From Poseidonia sp. (GTDB lineage: Archaea; Thermoplasmatota; Poseidoniia; Poseidoniales; Poseidoniaceae): a DNA stretch of 64,000 bases. Below the pieces are notes generated by a model, which was not told the origin of the DNA, ran no database searches, and was given only the letters and a program-made list of their open reading frames with translations. The DNA lies in the NCBI GenBank assembly GCA_049412325.1, contig JBMSEL010000002.1, forward strand, positions 14,523-78,522. The letters are read 5' to 3'. The translations under genes were made by a program, and so were the position numbers. Every line of letters starts with the position of its first letter. Position 1 is the stretch's first letter. Shown here piece by piece: positions 18,946-29,561 of this stretch.

Positions 18946-19983
18946 ATGGTAACGCCTATGGCAAAAGACGTGTTGTATATTGGAATCGACTTGGGAACCT
19001 TCCGCTCGGTGATGGTTTCCTCCGACAGCCACGAAGTGGAAGAATTGACGGTCATTGGCACACCCAAGGACCCCATTGCACGCAACTTCTTGAAGCGAGA
19101 TGTGCTTTTTGGCAACGAGGCTCTCAAGAACCGATTGGCCCTGAACCTTTTCCGTCCGCTCGAACTCGGTGTGATCAAGGATACTCCCGAGGACCGAGAG
19201 TTCATCGCCCACTTCATCACGCACCTCATCGGCCTCTCTGACCCCGAAGAGTACGACCGTGTTGTTGCTGTCATCGGTGCACCTGCTGAAGCCAGCCACG
19301 TCGACAAAACGGCTATTTTTGACGCAGCTGCCGGCTCAGTCAATTCCGCTATGATCATCTCTGAGCCCTTCGCTGTGGCTTATGCTCTCGACATGATCAA
19401 CCACACCTTGGTCATCGATATCGGTGCTGGTACCACTGACCTGTGCCGTGTTTACGGAACCATTCCTGGGCCTGGCGACCAAATGCACACCGGTTACGCT
19501 GGCGACTATGTCGACAACGCCCTCATCAAGGAAATTCAGTCCAAGTACAACGGTGCTCAAATCACCAAGGACATGGCACGACGCTGGAAGGAACAGTTCT
19601 CCTTTGTGTCCACCTCTGCCCCAGACGAGCCGGTGCTGGTTGACTTCTCCATCGATGGCAAGGCCATGACCCTTGACATCACCGACTGCATGCAGCGTGC
19701 ATGCGAGTCCATCGTCGACCCCATTGTTGAGAACGTCAAGAAGCTCATTGCCGAATCCAACCCTGAATACCACGACGAGTTCCGCAAGAACATGGTCCTC
19801 GCCGGTGGCGGTTCCTCCATCAAGGGACTTGGTGCTCTCATCGAGCGCCGCCTCTCCGACATGGGCGACGTCAACGTTCACGTCGTCGACGACCCTGTTC
19901 GCTTGGGCGCCATGGGCGGTCTTCGCTTGGCCATGGAAGTTCCTGAAGAGATGTGGAAGAACCTCACACTCGCTTCTCGCTGA
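18946..19983 (+). CDS. Actin-fold cytoskeletal ATPase, MamK/MreB-like
   Basis: Motifs IGIDLGT (phosphate 1), VIGAPA, SEPFAVAYAL, VIDIGAGTTDLC (phosphate 2), KEQFSFV and LAGGGSSIKGL (adenosine). Alternative start ATG18958. AT-rich spacer upstream. Confidence 0.8.
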   Translation: MVTPMAKDVLYIGIDLGTFRSVMVSSDSHEVEELTVIGTPKDPIARNFLKRDVLFGNEALKNRLALNLFRPLELGVIKDTPEDREFIAHFITHLIGLSDPEEYDRVVAVIGAPAEASHVDKTAIFDAAAGSVNSAMIISEPFAVAYALDMINHTLVIDIGAGTTDLCRVYGTIPGPGDQMHTGYAGDYVDNALIKEIQSKYNGAQITKDMARRWKEQFSFVSTSAPDEPVLVDFSIDGKAMTLDITDCMQRACESIVDPIVENVKKLIAESNPEYHDEFRKNMVLAGGGSSIKGLGALIERRLSDMGDVNVHVVDDPVRLGAMGGLRLAMEVPEEMWKNLTLASR

Positions 19984-20061
19984 AGGGATCTTGCCGTTCA
20001 ATCGGCACCACCGTGTGGCCGGTATGAATCAATAGGAAAGCCCATTAGGCTGTCTGACTGA

Positions 20062-20613
20062 ATGTTCCACATGAGCAAATTGATTACCGGCGCCCCTGCG
20101 CCAGCCCTTGTATTGCCGTCGATCGACGGTTCCCTCTTCGACTTGTCCAAGGTGAAGGGTAAGCGAGTGATTCTCACCTTCTTTCGTTTCTCATCATGCC
20201 CGCTGTGTAACATAAGAATCCGAAGGATTGTTCAGCGGTGGAACGAATTTAGCGAGGACGTTGTGATGGTGGGTGTGTTTGATGCGAGTGTCGACGAATT
20301 GGCCAAGCGGATGAAGAAACACAACGCTCCTTTCACCATTGTTGCCGATGATACCTACGAGCACTTCCTCAACAACGGTGTTCAGAAGTCCTTCGTGAAA
20401 TTCATGGTGGGTGCTGCGAAATCCCCCCTGACCCTTCTCCAAGCAACGCTGCGAGGTTATGTTCCGCTAACGCTCTCGGTTTCGAAACTTTCGACCATTC
20501 CTGCGGACATATTGATCGATGAGTCGGGTACGGTCGTCCAGGCGCATTACTGTAAAGATACAGCCGACCATCTCTCAATCGATGCTTTGGTGGCGTTCTC
20601 TCACGGAAAGTGA
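20062..20613 (+). CDS. AhpC/TSA (thioredoxin-fold) peroxiredoxin-like protein
   Basis: RVILTFFRFSSCPLCN redox motif in a thioredoxin-fold context. Confidence 0.7.
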   Translation: MFHMSKLITGAPAPALVLPSIDGSLFDLSKVKGKRVILTFFRFSSCPLCNIRIRRIVQRWNEFSEDVVMVGVFDASVDELAKRMKKHNAPFTIVADDTYEHFLNNGVQKSFVKFMVGAAKSPLTLLQATLRGYVPLTLSVSKLSTIPADILIDESGTVVQAHYCKDTADHLSIDALVAFSHGK

Positions 20614-20646
20614 GAAGTCCGCTGCAGTTCGAGAGTGCGGCAATGA

Positions 20647-21306
20647 TCAGGCCTTTCCGGCCTTTTCGACCTCAGCCCAATCGCGCATGAAACCTTCGAG
20701 TCCCCGGTCGGTCAGTGGATGACTCATGAGTTGACGGAAGGTCTTGGCGGGCATGGTGGCCGTATGAGCACCGAGTTGAATGCACTGGAGCACATGGGTT
20801 GGATGACGCACGGAGGCAGCGAGGACCTTGGTGTCGAGGTTGTAGTTGGCCCACGTGTTCATGATTTCTGCGATGAGTTCCATACCGTCATGGCCGGTGT
20901 CGTCGATACGTCCGATGAAGGGCGAGACATAGGTGGCCCCAGCCTTGGCCGCCATGAGGGCTTGAGAGGCAGAAAAGATGAGCGTGACATTGGTGTCAAT
21001 GCCGTCTTCAGTCAAAATCTTGGTTGCAGCAAGGCCTTCGGGTGTGCAGGGGATCTTGATGATGACATTATCTGGAAGTTCTGCTTTGAGTGCGCGACCT
21101 TGTTCCACCATACCGGCGGTGTCCATGGCCGTCACTTCGGCTGAAATAGGGCCAGAACAGATGCCGGCGATTTCTCGAACGACTTCTTTGAAATCTCGAC
21201 CGGACTTCTTGATGAGCGAAGGGTTGGTGGTGACACCATCAAGAATACCCCATGCGGCGATTTCTCTGATTTCGTCAACGTCTGCAGTGTCAAGGAAGAA
21301 CTCCAT
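20647..21306 (-). CDS. tal: Transaldolase / fructose-6-phosphate aldolase (short TalC type)
   Basis: Motifs [25 protein letters not shown] (Schiff-base Lys) and [12 protein letters not shown]. Confidence 0.9.
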   Translation of the reverse strand: MEFFLDTADVDEIREIAAWGILDGVTTNPSLIKKSGRDFKEVVREIAGICSGPISAEVTAMDTAGMVEQGRALKAELPDNVIIKIPCTPEGLAATKILTEDGIDTNVTLIFSASQALMAAKAGATYVSPFIGRIDDTGHDGMELIAEIMNTWANYNLDTKVLAASVRHPTHVLQCIQLGAHTATMPAKTFRQLMSHPLTDRGLEGFMRDWAEVEKAGKA

Positions 21307-21365
21307 GAGGCTCGGTCGATGAAGAGGTTCTATGAACTCTCCCCTGCGCTAAGAAACGCCAAGTT

Positions 21366-22301
21366 TCACTTCCGCGCGATGGCTCGTTTGGCTGCCTCTG
21401 CGATGTATGGTGCAGAAATTTGCATGACTTCGAGCATTTCGTCTGCCTGGCCGGACTCGCCGAATCGATCTTGAACACCCACGCGCTCAAGCGGTGCGAA
21501 CGTGTTTGACGTCAAGTGCTCGGCGACAGCTCCTCCTAGGCCGCCAATGACACTGTGGTCTTCCGCAGTCACGATGGCGCCGCAATTGGCGACCAATTGG
21601 TCGATCAGGGCACCGTCGAGCGGCTTGAGGGTATGCATGTCAACAACGGTGGCATTGATGCCCTCTGCCGCTAAGGATGCAGCCGCTTCAAGCGATTGAG
21701 AAACCATGACGCCACAAGCAATGATAGCCACGTCTGCACCATCTCGCAGAACGATTCCTTTGCCGATTTGAATCTCGTTCTCCCGACCTTCGTAAAGCAC
21801 AGGGGTTTTGTTGCGGGCCGTGCGCGTGTACGAAGGTGAGCCGCTGGAGGCCAGTTGCATGGTCAAGACCCTGGTGGACACGATATCGCTCGGGTGCATG
21901 ACGATCACGTTAGGCAAGGTTCGGTAGATGGCCAAGTCTTCAATGGACTGGGCCGATGAACCATCTGTCCCGGTGTGGGTACCGCCGTGACTGCCGCATA
22001 CGTGGACGGCCAAATTTGGACGAGCGACCCCGTTTCGCATTTGCTCAAAGGCACGTTCGGTGAAGATGGCAAAGGTGCTCGCAAACGGAATGTAGCCTGA
22101 GGCTGCAAGACCGGCGCCAACGAGCAGCATGTTTTGTTCTCCGATACCGCACGACACCGTGCGCTCGGGATGAGCCTTGCGGAAGTGAAGGGATTTGGTC
22201 GATTTGCCTAGGTCGGCCTCAAGCACCACGACCTTGGGATTGCTGGCCAATTCCAACAGTGCCTCGCCGTAGCCATCGCGGGTAGCTGCCATCTTGGTCA
22301 T
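21366..22301 (-). CDS. tkt: Transketolase, C-terminal (pyrimidine-binding) subunit
   Basis: Motifs RDGYGEAL, CGIGEQNM and GGTHTGTDGSSAQSIEDLA. Start overlaps the N-terminal subunit stop. Confidence 0.9.
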   Translation of the reverse strand: MTKMAATRDGYGEALLELASNPKVVVLEADLGKSTKSLHFRKAHPERTVSCGIGEQNMLLVGAGLAASGYIPFASTFAIFTERAFEQMRNGVARPNLAVHVCGSHGGTHTGTDGSSAQSIEDLAIYRTLPNVIVMHPSDIVSTRVLTMQLASSGSPSYTRTARNKTPVLYEGRENEIQIGKGIVLRDGADVAIIACGVMVSQSLEAAASLAAEGINATVVDMHTLKPLDGALIDQLVANCGAIVTAEDHSVIGGLGGAVAEHLTSNTFAPLERVGVQDRFGESGQADEMLEVMQISAPYIAEAAKRAIARK

Positions 22302-23122
22302 GCCATCACCTCGCCCAATTCAGCCATGGCCTGAGCGTACTGCTCGTCGTTGGGGGCCGCACCGTGGAAGGATGGGTTGTCGGCCATGAAAGAGACGCCG
22401 TGTCCCTTGACCGTGTGAGCGATGAGGATGGATGGGCCGTCGTTGGTCGATGAAAGGAAATTCATACCGTCCACGACCTCTTCCATGCGATGTCCATCAA
22501 TTTCTTTGACATTCCACCCAAACGCCTTCCACTTGGCGGGGATGTCAAACATACGCATTTGCTCCTCGCAGAAATCGTCGTTCTGGATTCGATTTCGGTC
22601 GAGAATGACATTCAGGTTGCCAAGTTCATGGTGGGCAGCAGCCATCGCTGCTTCCCACACACTGCCTTCCTGTATTTCACCGTCGCCGAGCATCACATAG
22701 ACCTGACGTTCGCTGTTCGCCAATCGGCCAGCGATGGCCGACCCGATGCCAAAGGAAAGTCCCATGCCAAGGGAACCTGCTGAGAAGTCAACACCAGGGC
22801 ACCACTTCATGTCCACGTGACCTTGGCAAATTCCACCGAGAACCCGATAAGAGGCGAGGTCGTCCACAGTGATGAATCCCATTTCTGCCAAAATGGCGTA
22901 CATACCCGGAGAGGCATGACCTTTGGACAAAATGAACCGGTCGCGGTCGTCCCAATCGGGATCATCGGGACGCACACGGAGGGTTGTTTTGTACAACCCC
23001 ACGAGCAAGTCAATCTCAGATAGGGAACCCCCAGGATGGCCGGCTTGGGCTCGATACACCATGTTCACGATGTGGACACGACACTTTCTTGCTAGTTCTC
23101 GCAGTTCGTCTGTGTTGCTCAT
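22298..23122 (-). CDS. tkt: Transketolase, N-terminal (TPP-binding) subunit
   Basis: Motifs AGHPGGSLS, LSKGHASP and MLGDGEIQEGSVWEA. ATG23122 chosen; the ORF extends to TTG23140. Confidence 0.9.
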   Translation of the reverse strand: MSNTDELRELARKCRVHIVNMVYRAQAGHPGGSLSEIDLLVGLYKTTLRVRPDDPDWDDRDRFILSKGHASPGMYAILAEMGFITVDDLASYRVLGGICQGHVDMKWCPGVDFSAGSLGMGLSFGIGSAIAGRLANSERQVYVMLGDGEIQEGSVWEAAMAAAHHELGNLNVILDRNRIQNDDFCEEQMRMFDIPAKWKAFGWNVKEIDGHRMEEVVDGMNFLSSTNDGPSILIAHTVKGHGVSFMADNPSFHGAAPNDEQYAQAMAELGEVMA

Positions 23123-23197
23123 GGGTCCACCAACAGACAATTGCCCGTGTGGATGGCCTTTGATGGTTGTGCAGGCATTGTTTGTCCAGTCGGGCCG

Positions 23198-25246
23198 CTA
23201 CTGCTGCTTTTTGGGCTGCAGTGCATCGACGGCGTTTCTCACCGCTTCGGCTGTGATCATGACCGTATCGCCTGCCAAACTACCGCCCTTGGGCAAGGCC
23301 CGTGAGGCAAGCCAAATGAACACGCCAACAAACCAAGCGAAGAACGCTAATGAGAACATATCGTTCAATGTTGAGATGTTAAACATGGCTGGAAGATCGA
23401 TTTTGGCCACGATCAGAACGGCGATGAACACACCCATGATGGATTCACCAGCGATGAAACCTGCACCGATGAGCACACCCCGGCTCTCAACTTCTTTCGC
23501 TGCATCAAGGGCTTTTTGCGAGGGTTCAGCACGGAGAACGCCGTCCACACGGAGGTGTGCGCTTCGCAGCATGACGTGAGAGATGATGCCACCAACCATG
23601 ATGGGGACCGATAGGCCAAGCGGAAGATAGATGCCAATGGCGACGCTCATCACAGGCATTTGGAGCCGGATGAGTGCAACGGCAATGGCCGCCCCAAGGA
23701 CGACCATTTGGATGTTTAAATCACCACCAAACGCGCCCTGAACAATGGCGCCGATGAGCTCTGCTTGAGGGGCGAAGAGCGCCTTTGAGCACGTGGGGTC
23801 GCTCGGTAGTGGGTTCATTTGGCAGGCCGTTTGGGAGATTCGAAACGCATCGTGAAGAAGCGACAAGACAGGCCCGATGACCACCGCTCCGGTCAGGACA
23901 CCAATGATTTCAGCGACCTGTTGCCGTTTCGGCGTTGCTCCGAGCATGTGCCCGGTCTTGAGGTCCTGCATGACGTCGCCCGCGATGGCGGCGCTGGACG
24001 CAACGATGGCCGCGATGAGCAGCGTAGCAAACATGAGGTCTTGCTTGGCCATGCCTAGCATCAGGTCGCCAATGATGTAGACCAAGCCAACTGTGAACAG
24101 AAGTGTGGCAATCGTCATACCTGAAACCGGTGAATTTGAAGAGCCCACCACGCCAGCGATGTATCCGGCAACGGCAGCGAAGAAGAAGGCCACAAAGGCG
24201 AGGAAAAGCGCACCAGCAATGGCGAGCACAAGCGATTCCATGGCCCACCAATAAAAGAAGAAGGTCAGGACGACCAAGATTCCACACACCGTGAACACGC
24301 GATTCATTGGGATGTCTTGTTCCGTGCGGAGGAGCACACCAGCCTGATCATCGTTTTTGACGAAGGCCTTGGAGAGGCCCGTGATGATGGTTTTGCGCAT
24401 GCTCCACAAGGTGTAGATGCCACCAACGACCATGGCGCCGACGCCAACATAGCGAACTTGGGTTGACCAAATGGTGTAGAAACCGTCGACAAGGGTGCCC
24501 CCCACTGGCCATCCGTAGATGAGACCGTACATGGGGACGAGGAGGCCAAAGCCCAACACACCGCCGAAGAAGATGAACGAGGCGATGCGGATCCCAACAA
24601 TGTAGCCAACGGAGAGCAGTGCCACCGAGAGGTCCATGCCAGCGTAGAGCCGGGTCGAAATGAAGGAAACGGCGACTTCAACCGTGTGATGGGTTACTTC
24701 GAATCCCTTGACCATCAAGCCATAAAGTCCACCAATACCGAGCGCATAAAGAATGGCGAGTGCTCCATCGCCGCCCTCTTCCCCGGCAACCAAGACTTCC
24801 CGACATGCAACCCCTTCCGGATAAGGGAGTGCTTCCTCAACGATGAACAAACGACGCAGCGCAATGGTGAACATGGTGCCAAGAAGGCCACCAAGGGTGG
24901 CAATGATGAGCGTCTCCATCCATTGGATGCTGGTCCAAATACTCATCACCAACAAGGCTGGGACGGTAAAAATAACTCCGGCCGCCAGCGATTCACCTGC
25001 TGACGCCATGGTTTGAACAGCGTTGTTTTCGAGAATCGAGACGTCTTTGAACATCGTTCGCAGGATGATCATCGACATGACGGCAGCGGGGATACTCGCT
25101 GAAACTGTCATACCAGCATAGAGGCCCAAATAGGCATTGGCAGCCGTCATTAACACGCCAAGAACGATACCGACAAGGATGACCCGAGTGGTCAATTCGA
25201 GCGGAGATTCATGGGCGGGAATATACGGTTCCTGTGTCCCGCTCAT
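23198..25246 (-). CDS. OPT-family oligopeptide transporter
   Basis: 682 aa, polytopic. The N-terminal ELTTRVILVGIVLGVLMTAANAYLGLYAGMTVSASIPAAV is typical of the OPT superfamily. Confidence 0.85.
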   Translation of the reverse strand: MSGTQEPYIPAHESPLELTTRVILVGIVLGVLMTAANAYLGLYAGMTVSASIPAAVMSMIILRTMFKDVSILENNAVQTMASAGESLAAGVIFTVPALLVMSIWTSIQWMETLIIATLGGLLGTMFTIALRRLFIVEEALPYPEGVACREVLVAGEEGGDGALAILYALGIGGLYGLMVKGFEVTHHTVEVAVSFISTRLYAGMDLSVALLSVGYIVGIRIASFIFFGGVLGFGLLVPMYGLIYGWPVGGTLVDGFYTIWSTQVRYVGVGAMVVGGIYTLWSMRKTIITGLSKAFVKNDDQAGVLLRTEQDIPMNRVFTVCGILVVLTFFFYWWAMESLVLAIAGALFLAFVAFFFAAVAGYIAGVVGSSNSPVSGMTIATLLFTVGLVYIIGDLMLGMAKQDLMFATLLIAAIVASSAAIAGDVMQDLKTGHMLGATPKRQQVAEIIGVLTGAVVIGPVLSLLHDAFRISQTACQMNPLPSDPTCSKALFAPQAELIGAIVQGAFGGDLNIQMVVLGAAIAVALIRLQMPVMSVAIGIYLPLGLSVPIMVGGIISHVMLRSAHLRVDGVLRAEPSQKALDAAKEVESRGVLIGAGFIAGESIMGVFIAVLIVAKIDLPAMFNISTLNDMFSLAFFAWFVGVFIWLASRALPKGGSLAGDTVMITAEAVRNAVDALQPKKQQ

Positions 25247-25396
25247 GACGTCTCCAATCCTTTCCAGTAGGTATAGCCTACGATGGAAGGTTGTGTCTGA
25301 TTCTCAATCCATTCATGTGGGATATTACCCGCCAAAATAATAGGTGTTCCAATGCGCCCACTTACCAACTCAATACTCTATTGAGGGGGTTTTACG

Positions 25397-28294
25397 ATGG
25401 ATGAATATTGGCACAACCTATCTATTGCGGACAGTCTTGTCGCACAACAATCCACCGAACACGGCATTAGCGTGGATGAGGTCGTCGAACGACGGAATCG
25501 TTTTGGGGCCAACAAATTAGACGAACCCGAGAAAACCTCAGCGCTTCTCCGCTTCCTTTCTCAGTACAACGACCCGCTCAACTACCTGCTGATGGGCGCA
25601 GCAGTGGTCGCCTTCATCATTAACCCAAATCACCCTGGAGACGCCATCTTGATTTTCATTGTTCTAACGGCGAACGCCTTCTTTGGATATTGGCAGGAAA
25701 ATCAAGCGGAACAAGCCATGGACTCCTTGAAACAGATGTCCATCTCCAATTGCGTCGTTATACGAGGCGATTTTGAGAGCGAGGTGCCGACTTCCGAGTT
25801 GGTTCCAGGTGATGTTGTTCGGTTGGAGCAGGGTCTGAATGTTCCTGCAGATGTCCGTTTGATTTGGTCGCAGCAATGCAAAATTGATGAGTCTGCCCTG
25901 ACCGGTGAGTCGCTCACGATTCGAAAATCGACCGATGCCTTACCCGCAGACACACTCCTTGCTGACCGAAACAACATGGCCTTCATGGGGACAACGGTTT
26001 CATCCGGCCGTGGACTTGGTTTGGTCGTCGCCACAGGGATGAAGACCGAACTTGGAAAGATTGCCAGCCATATCGCTGAAACTCAGACGCCAAAGACACC
26101 GTTGGAACTGAAACTGGAGAGTCTTGGTAAATTCCTCGGATTCATTGCGCTGATCGTGGCCATTTTACTCGTTTCTCTGAATCTTCTGGTATCCTACGGC
26201 AAACCAGGCGTAGACCTCAAGGAAGTTGTTGTTCAACAATTCATCGTCGCGATTGCCATCTTTGTGGCCATCGTACCCGAGGGCCTGCCCATCATCTTGG
26301 TGATCACGCTCTCTCTCGGTATGCGAAACATGGCTCGGCACAAGGCGATCATACGTCGTATGAAGGCCGTTGAAACCCTTGGCTCGACCACGGTCATTTG
26401 TTCTGATAAAACCGGTACATTGACGAAAAATCAAATGACGGTTCGTCAAATCCAGACGCTAGAACGCACCTTTGATGTGACTGGTGAAGGTTTTCAGCCC
26501 AACGGTACATTGGTGCGAAACGGCGTTGAACTCAGCGATGCCGACCTCCAATCTCGACAGGCAGATTTGAGTTTCAGATTGCTGGGGGCTTGTTTGACGT
26601 TGTGCCACAACTCGAACATCGTCAAGGTCGACGGACGCTGGCAAGCCATCGGCGACCCGACCGATTCTGCATGCGCCGTTGCAGGATGGAAAATTAACGG
26701 AGATGTGAAAAAATTCTCACACCGACACCCTCGTCTCAACGAGTTCTTCTTCGACTCTATTCGGAAGCGAATGAGTGTCGTCCACGAATACGAAGGTGAG
26801 CGATGGGTCTTTGCAAAAGGCAGTGCAGGAGGTTTCAAGGACATTGCAACCACCAAGATTGTGGACAACGAATGTGTTCCTTTGACCGACGAGGATCGCC
26901 TGCACATCTCTTCCATGAACCATGAGATGGGTTCTCAAGCCATGCGGGTTATCGCCCTCCTCGCAAGAAAAGTCAAGGATGAAGAGAAGATTGACAATAT
27001 TGAATCGATTGAATCGGATTTGGTTTTCCTTGGCCTGATCGGTATCATGGACCCACCCCGGCCCGAAGTGAAGGCTGCCATTGAAACGTGCCAACGTGCC
27101 GGAATTAAGGTGAAAATGATTACTGGAGACCAACGAATGACGGCCGCAGCCATCGGTTCGGAACTGAACATAACGTCTGCATCTGGTGATGCGCTTGACG
27201 GGAAGGACCTGGCTGCACTGAGCGATGAAGAATTGGTTGCCGCAACGGGTGATGTGGCGATTTATTCCCGAGTTACACCTGACCAAAAGATGCGAATCGT
27301 CTCCTCGCTTCAGGAACAAGGTGAGATTGTCGCCATGACAGGGGATGGCGTCAATGATGCCCCAGCTCTCTCAGGGGCCAACATTGGCATCGCCATGGGC
27401 ATCGCTGGAACCGACGTTGCGAAGGATGCAGCTGACATGGTCCTGCGAGACGACAACTTTGCCAACATCGTTCATGCTGTCGAGGAAGGTCGAAAAATCT
27501 ATCAAAACATTCGAAATTTCGTGCGGTATCAAGTTTCAACGAATGTAGCGGCTGTGTCGCTGTTGGTTCTTTCTACGTTGTTCTTTGGCGCCGAGGCACT
27601 TCCGCTTACCGCCAGTCAAATTTTGGTCATCAACATCCTGATGGACGGTCCGCCAGCCGTTGCACTGGGGGTGGAAAAGAAACACGGGAATGTCATGGAC
27701 CGCCCGCCGCGTCCAGTTGACGAAGGTCTACCAAACGGTCGAGATATCTCACTGATATTCTACCTTGGTGCTGTGATGGTCATCGGTACCTTACTGGTAT
27801 TCTGGCTCGGTGGAGGCGGACTTGCCAGCGCTGAACCGTGTACATTGCGCACCACAGAGACGAGTACGACAGCCTTTGACATGGAGGCGTGTTTGGCCGG
27901 TGATCAGGCGGCCATCGACGAATGGCAATCCTATGCCGATGGTCATTTCCAACACGCACAAACCATGACGTTCGCTGTGTTTATCGTCTACCAACTGTTC
28001 AATGTTATGAATTGCAGATCGAACGAAGAGAGCGTGTTTGAACTTGGACTCCTCTCAAATCCTGCCATCAATTATGCCCTGCTCATCTCCTCTGGTTTGC
28101 TTTTGTTCTTTGTTCAGCTGGCAGAAATGACCATTCCTGTGGTTGGTATCGAGATCGGTTCTTTGTTGCGAACGACTCCACTCACTCAGAACGATTGGGT
28201 GGTGGTCGCCCTCATCGCATCAAGTGTATTTATCATCGAAGAGTTTAGAAAATTCATCGTTAAGTCGGGAATGTTTGCTATCCGTCAACATTGA
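25397..28294 (+). CDS. P-type ATPase, type II (Ca2+/cation-transporting, SERCA/PMCA-like)
   Basis: Motifs TGES, PEGLP, DKTGTLT, MITGDQ and TGDGVNDAPAL. SD GAGGGGG lies upstream. Confidence 0.92.
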   Translation: MDEYWHNLSIADSLVAQQSTEHGISVDEVVERRNRFGANKLDEPEKTSALLRFLSQYNDPLNYLLMGAAVVAFIINPNHPGDAILIFIVLTANAFFGYWQENQAEQAMDSLKQMSISNCVVIRGDFESEVPTSELVPGDVVRLEQGLNVPADVRLIWSQQCKIDESALTGESLTIRKSTDALPADTLLADRNNMAFMGTTVSSGRGLGLVVATGMKTELGKIASHIAETQTPKTPLELKLESLGKFLGFIALIVAILLVSLNLLVSYGKPGVDLKEVVVQQFIVAIAIFVAIVPEGLPIILVITLSLGMRNMARHKAIIRRMKAVETLGSTTVICSDKTGTLTKNQMTVRQIQTLERTFDVTGEGFQPNGTLVRNGVELSDADLQSRQADLSFRLLGACLTLCHNSNIVKVDGRWQAIGDPTDSACAVAGWKINGDVKKFSHRHPRLNEFFFDSIRKRMSVVHEYEGERWVFAKGSAGGFKDIATTKIVDNECVPLTDEDRLHISSMNHEMGSQAMRVIALLARKVKDEEKIDNIESIESDLVFLGLIGIMDPPRPEVKAAIETCQRAGIKVKMITGDQRMTAAAIGSELNITSASGDALDGKDLAALSDEELVAATGDVAIYSRVTPDQKMRIVSSLQEQGEIVAMTGDGVNDAPALSGANIGIAMGIAGTDVAKDAADMVLRDDNFANIVHAVEEGRKIYQNIRNFVRYQVSTNVAAVSLLVLSTLFFGAEALPLTASQILVINILMDGPPAVALGVEKKHGNVMDRPPRPVDEGLPNGRDISLIFYLGAVMVIGTLLVFWLGGGGLASAEPCTLRTTETSTTAFDMEACLAGDQAAIDEWQSYADGHFQHAQTMTFAVFIVYQLFNVMNCRSNEESVFELGLLSNPAINYALLISSGLLLFFVQLAEMTIPVVGIEIGSLLRTTPLTQNDWVVVALIASSVFIIEEFRKFIVKSGMFAIRQH

Positions 28295-28307
28295 TGATGC
28301 GAAGCAC

Positions 28308-29552
28308 ATGTTCTTGAGGTGGGCATTCAACCCCCTGACCATGGAGGCCGTGATGAGCCCTGCACCCTTAGCCGGGGAACACCACGATTGGCTACCACGG
28401 CTCAGATCATCGCTGGAGCATGTGTCATGGTCACCAGCCTTGGCTCCCATCGCTGAAAAGTTAGCAGCCAACCGTCCACTCAACGTGGAGGATGGTATCG
28501 TCCTCTACGAGCACAGCGACTTGAGCGAGGTTGGAGCATTGGCTGATCTGGTGCGAAAGGCACGCTTTGGTACAAAGGCGTTCTTCAATTCAAACGTGCA
28601 CATTAATCAAACCAACATCTGTGTGTTGGCTTGTCGATTTTGCGCATTCCGCCGGGGCCCCAAGGCCGAGGATGCTTATGCCATGTCGGTTGAGGATTAT
28701 CTCGCTGATTTGGCGACCTACGCCCATGCTGTTGACGAAGTTCATTCGGTTGGTGGTCTTCACCCGGAGTGGGACGTTCAGCATTATGAAACGCTCTTTT
28801 CCAAAGTCGCAGAGGAACACCCGCACATTTCCATCAAAGCGTTGACCGCGGTTGAAATCAAACATTTGGCCCAACGCTCATCCACCTCAACGAAAGAGGT
28901 ACTCAAGCGACTGAAGAACGCTGGCCTCACCTCCCTCCCAGGGGGAGGTGCTGAGATTCTCGATGATGATGTGCGGGCTGTGATTTGTAACGGGAAGGAA
29001 AGTTCGCAAGAGTATCTGCAAATCCACCGCGAAGCTCATGAGGTGGGATTGCCGTCCAATTGCACCATGCTCTTTGGCACGATTGAAACCTTGAAACAGC
29101 GATTGCAGCATATGATTTCTCTGCGAGAATTGAACGCTGAAACGAAAGGGTTCCAGTGCTTTGTTCCCTATCCCTTCCTGCCCGACGACACCCGCCTGCC
29201 TGAAGCTCAACTCGCCAGCGGAACAGAAGTGCTGCGAACCATCGCTGTATCCCGTCTCATGCTCAACAACATTCCACACATCAAGGCCTACCGAATGAAC
29301 ATCGGCGATCACGTTGCCGAACTTGCACTGCAATTTGGTGCTGATGACATCGACGGCACGGTCCAAAAAGAATCCATCATGCACCTCGCTGGCTCAACGG
29401 CTCCGCTCGACCACGATCGAGCCAAGTTGGCACGGTTGATTCACGATGCGGGTTGTGAACCTGTTCAACGAAATACGATCTATTCAACCTTTGAACCTTA
29501 TACGCCACCACCTGTTCAACCACGCCGTCGCCTTCAGATGGCGTCTGATTGA
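28308..29552 (+). CDS. Radical SAM enzyme of the MqnE/MqnC (futalosine pathway) family
   Basis: NICVLACRFCAF (CxxxCxxC), PGGGAEILDD and GFQCFVPYPF. Adjacent to mqnA and mqnD. The track ORF start at 28143 lies inside the ATPase gene. Confidence 0.75.
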   Translation: MFLRWAFNPLTMEAVMSPAPLAGEHHDWLPRLRSSLEHVSWSPALAPIAEKLAANRPLNVEDGIVLYEHSDLSEVGALADLVRKARFGTKAFFNSNVHINQTNICVLACRFCAFRRGPKAEDAYAMSVEDYLADLATYAHAVDEVHSVGGLHPEWDVQHYETLFSKVAEEHPHISIKALTAVEIKHLAQRSSTSTKEVLKRLKNAGLTSLPGGGAEILDDDVRAVICNGKESSQEYLQIHREAHEVGLPSNCTMLFGTIETLKQRLQHMISLRELNAETKGFQCFVPYPFLPDDTRLPEAQLASGTEVLRTIAVSRLMLNNIPHIKAYRMNIGDHVAELALQFGADDIDGTVQKESIMHLAGSTAPLDHDRAKLARLIHDAGCEPVQRNTIYSTFEPYTPPPVQPRRRLQMASD

Positions 29553-29561
29553 GGAATCGAC

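Noticed and set aside
28143-28307. 5' extension of the mqnE/C-type ORF into the P-type ATPase gene.
   Set aside because: The extension overlaps the ATPase C-terminal TM region in another frame, and an ATG lies just after the ATPase stop. Similar non-coding-looking extensions were trimmed for the formiminotransferase (41431-41616), PAN (42708-43010), S15 peptidase (50094-50297), hutU (50118-50201), MetRS (37382-37507) and CNNM (37352-37423).
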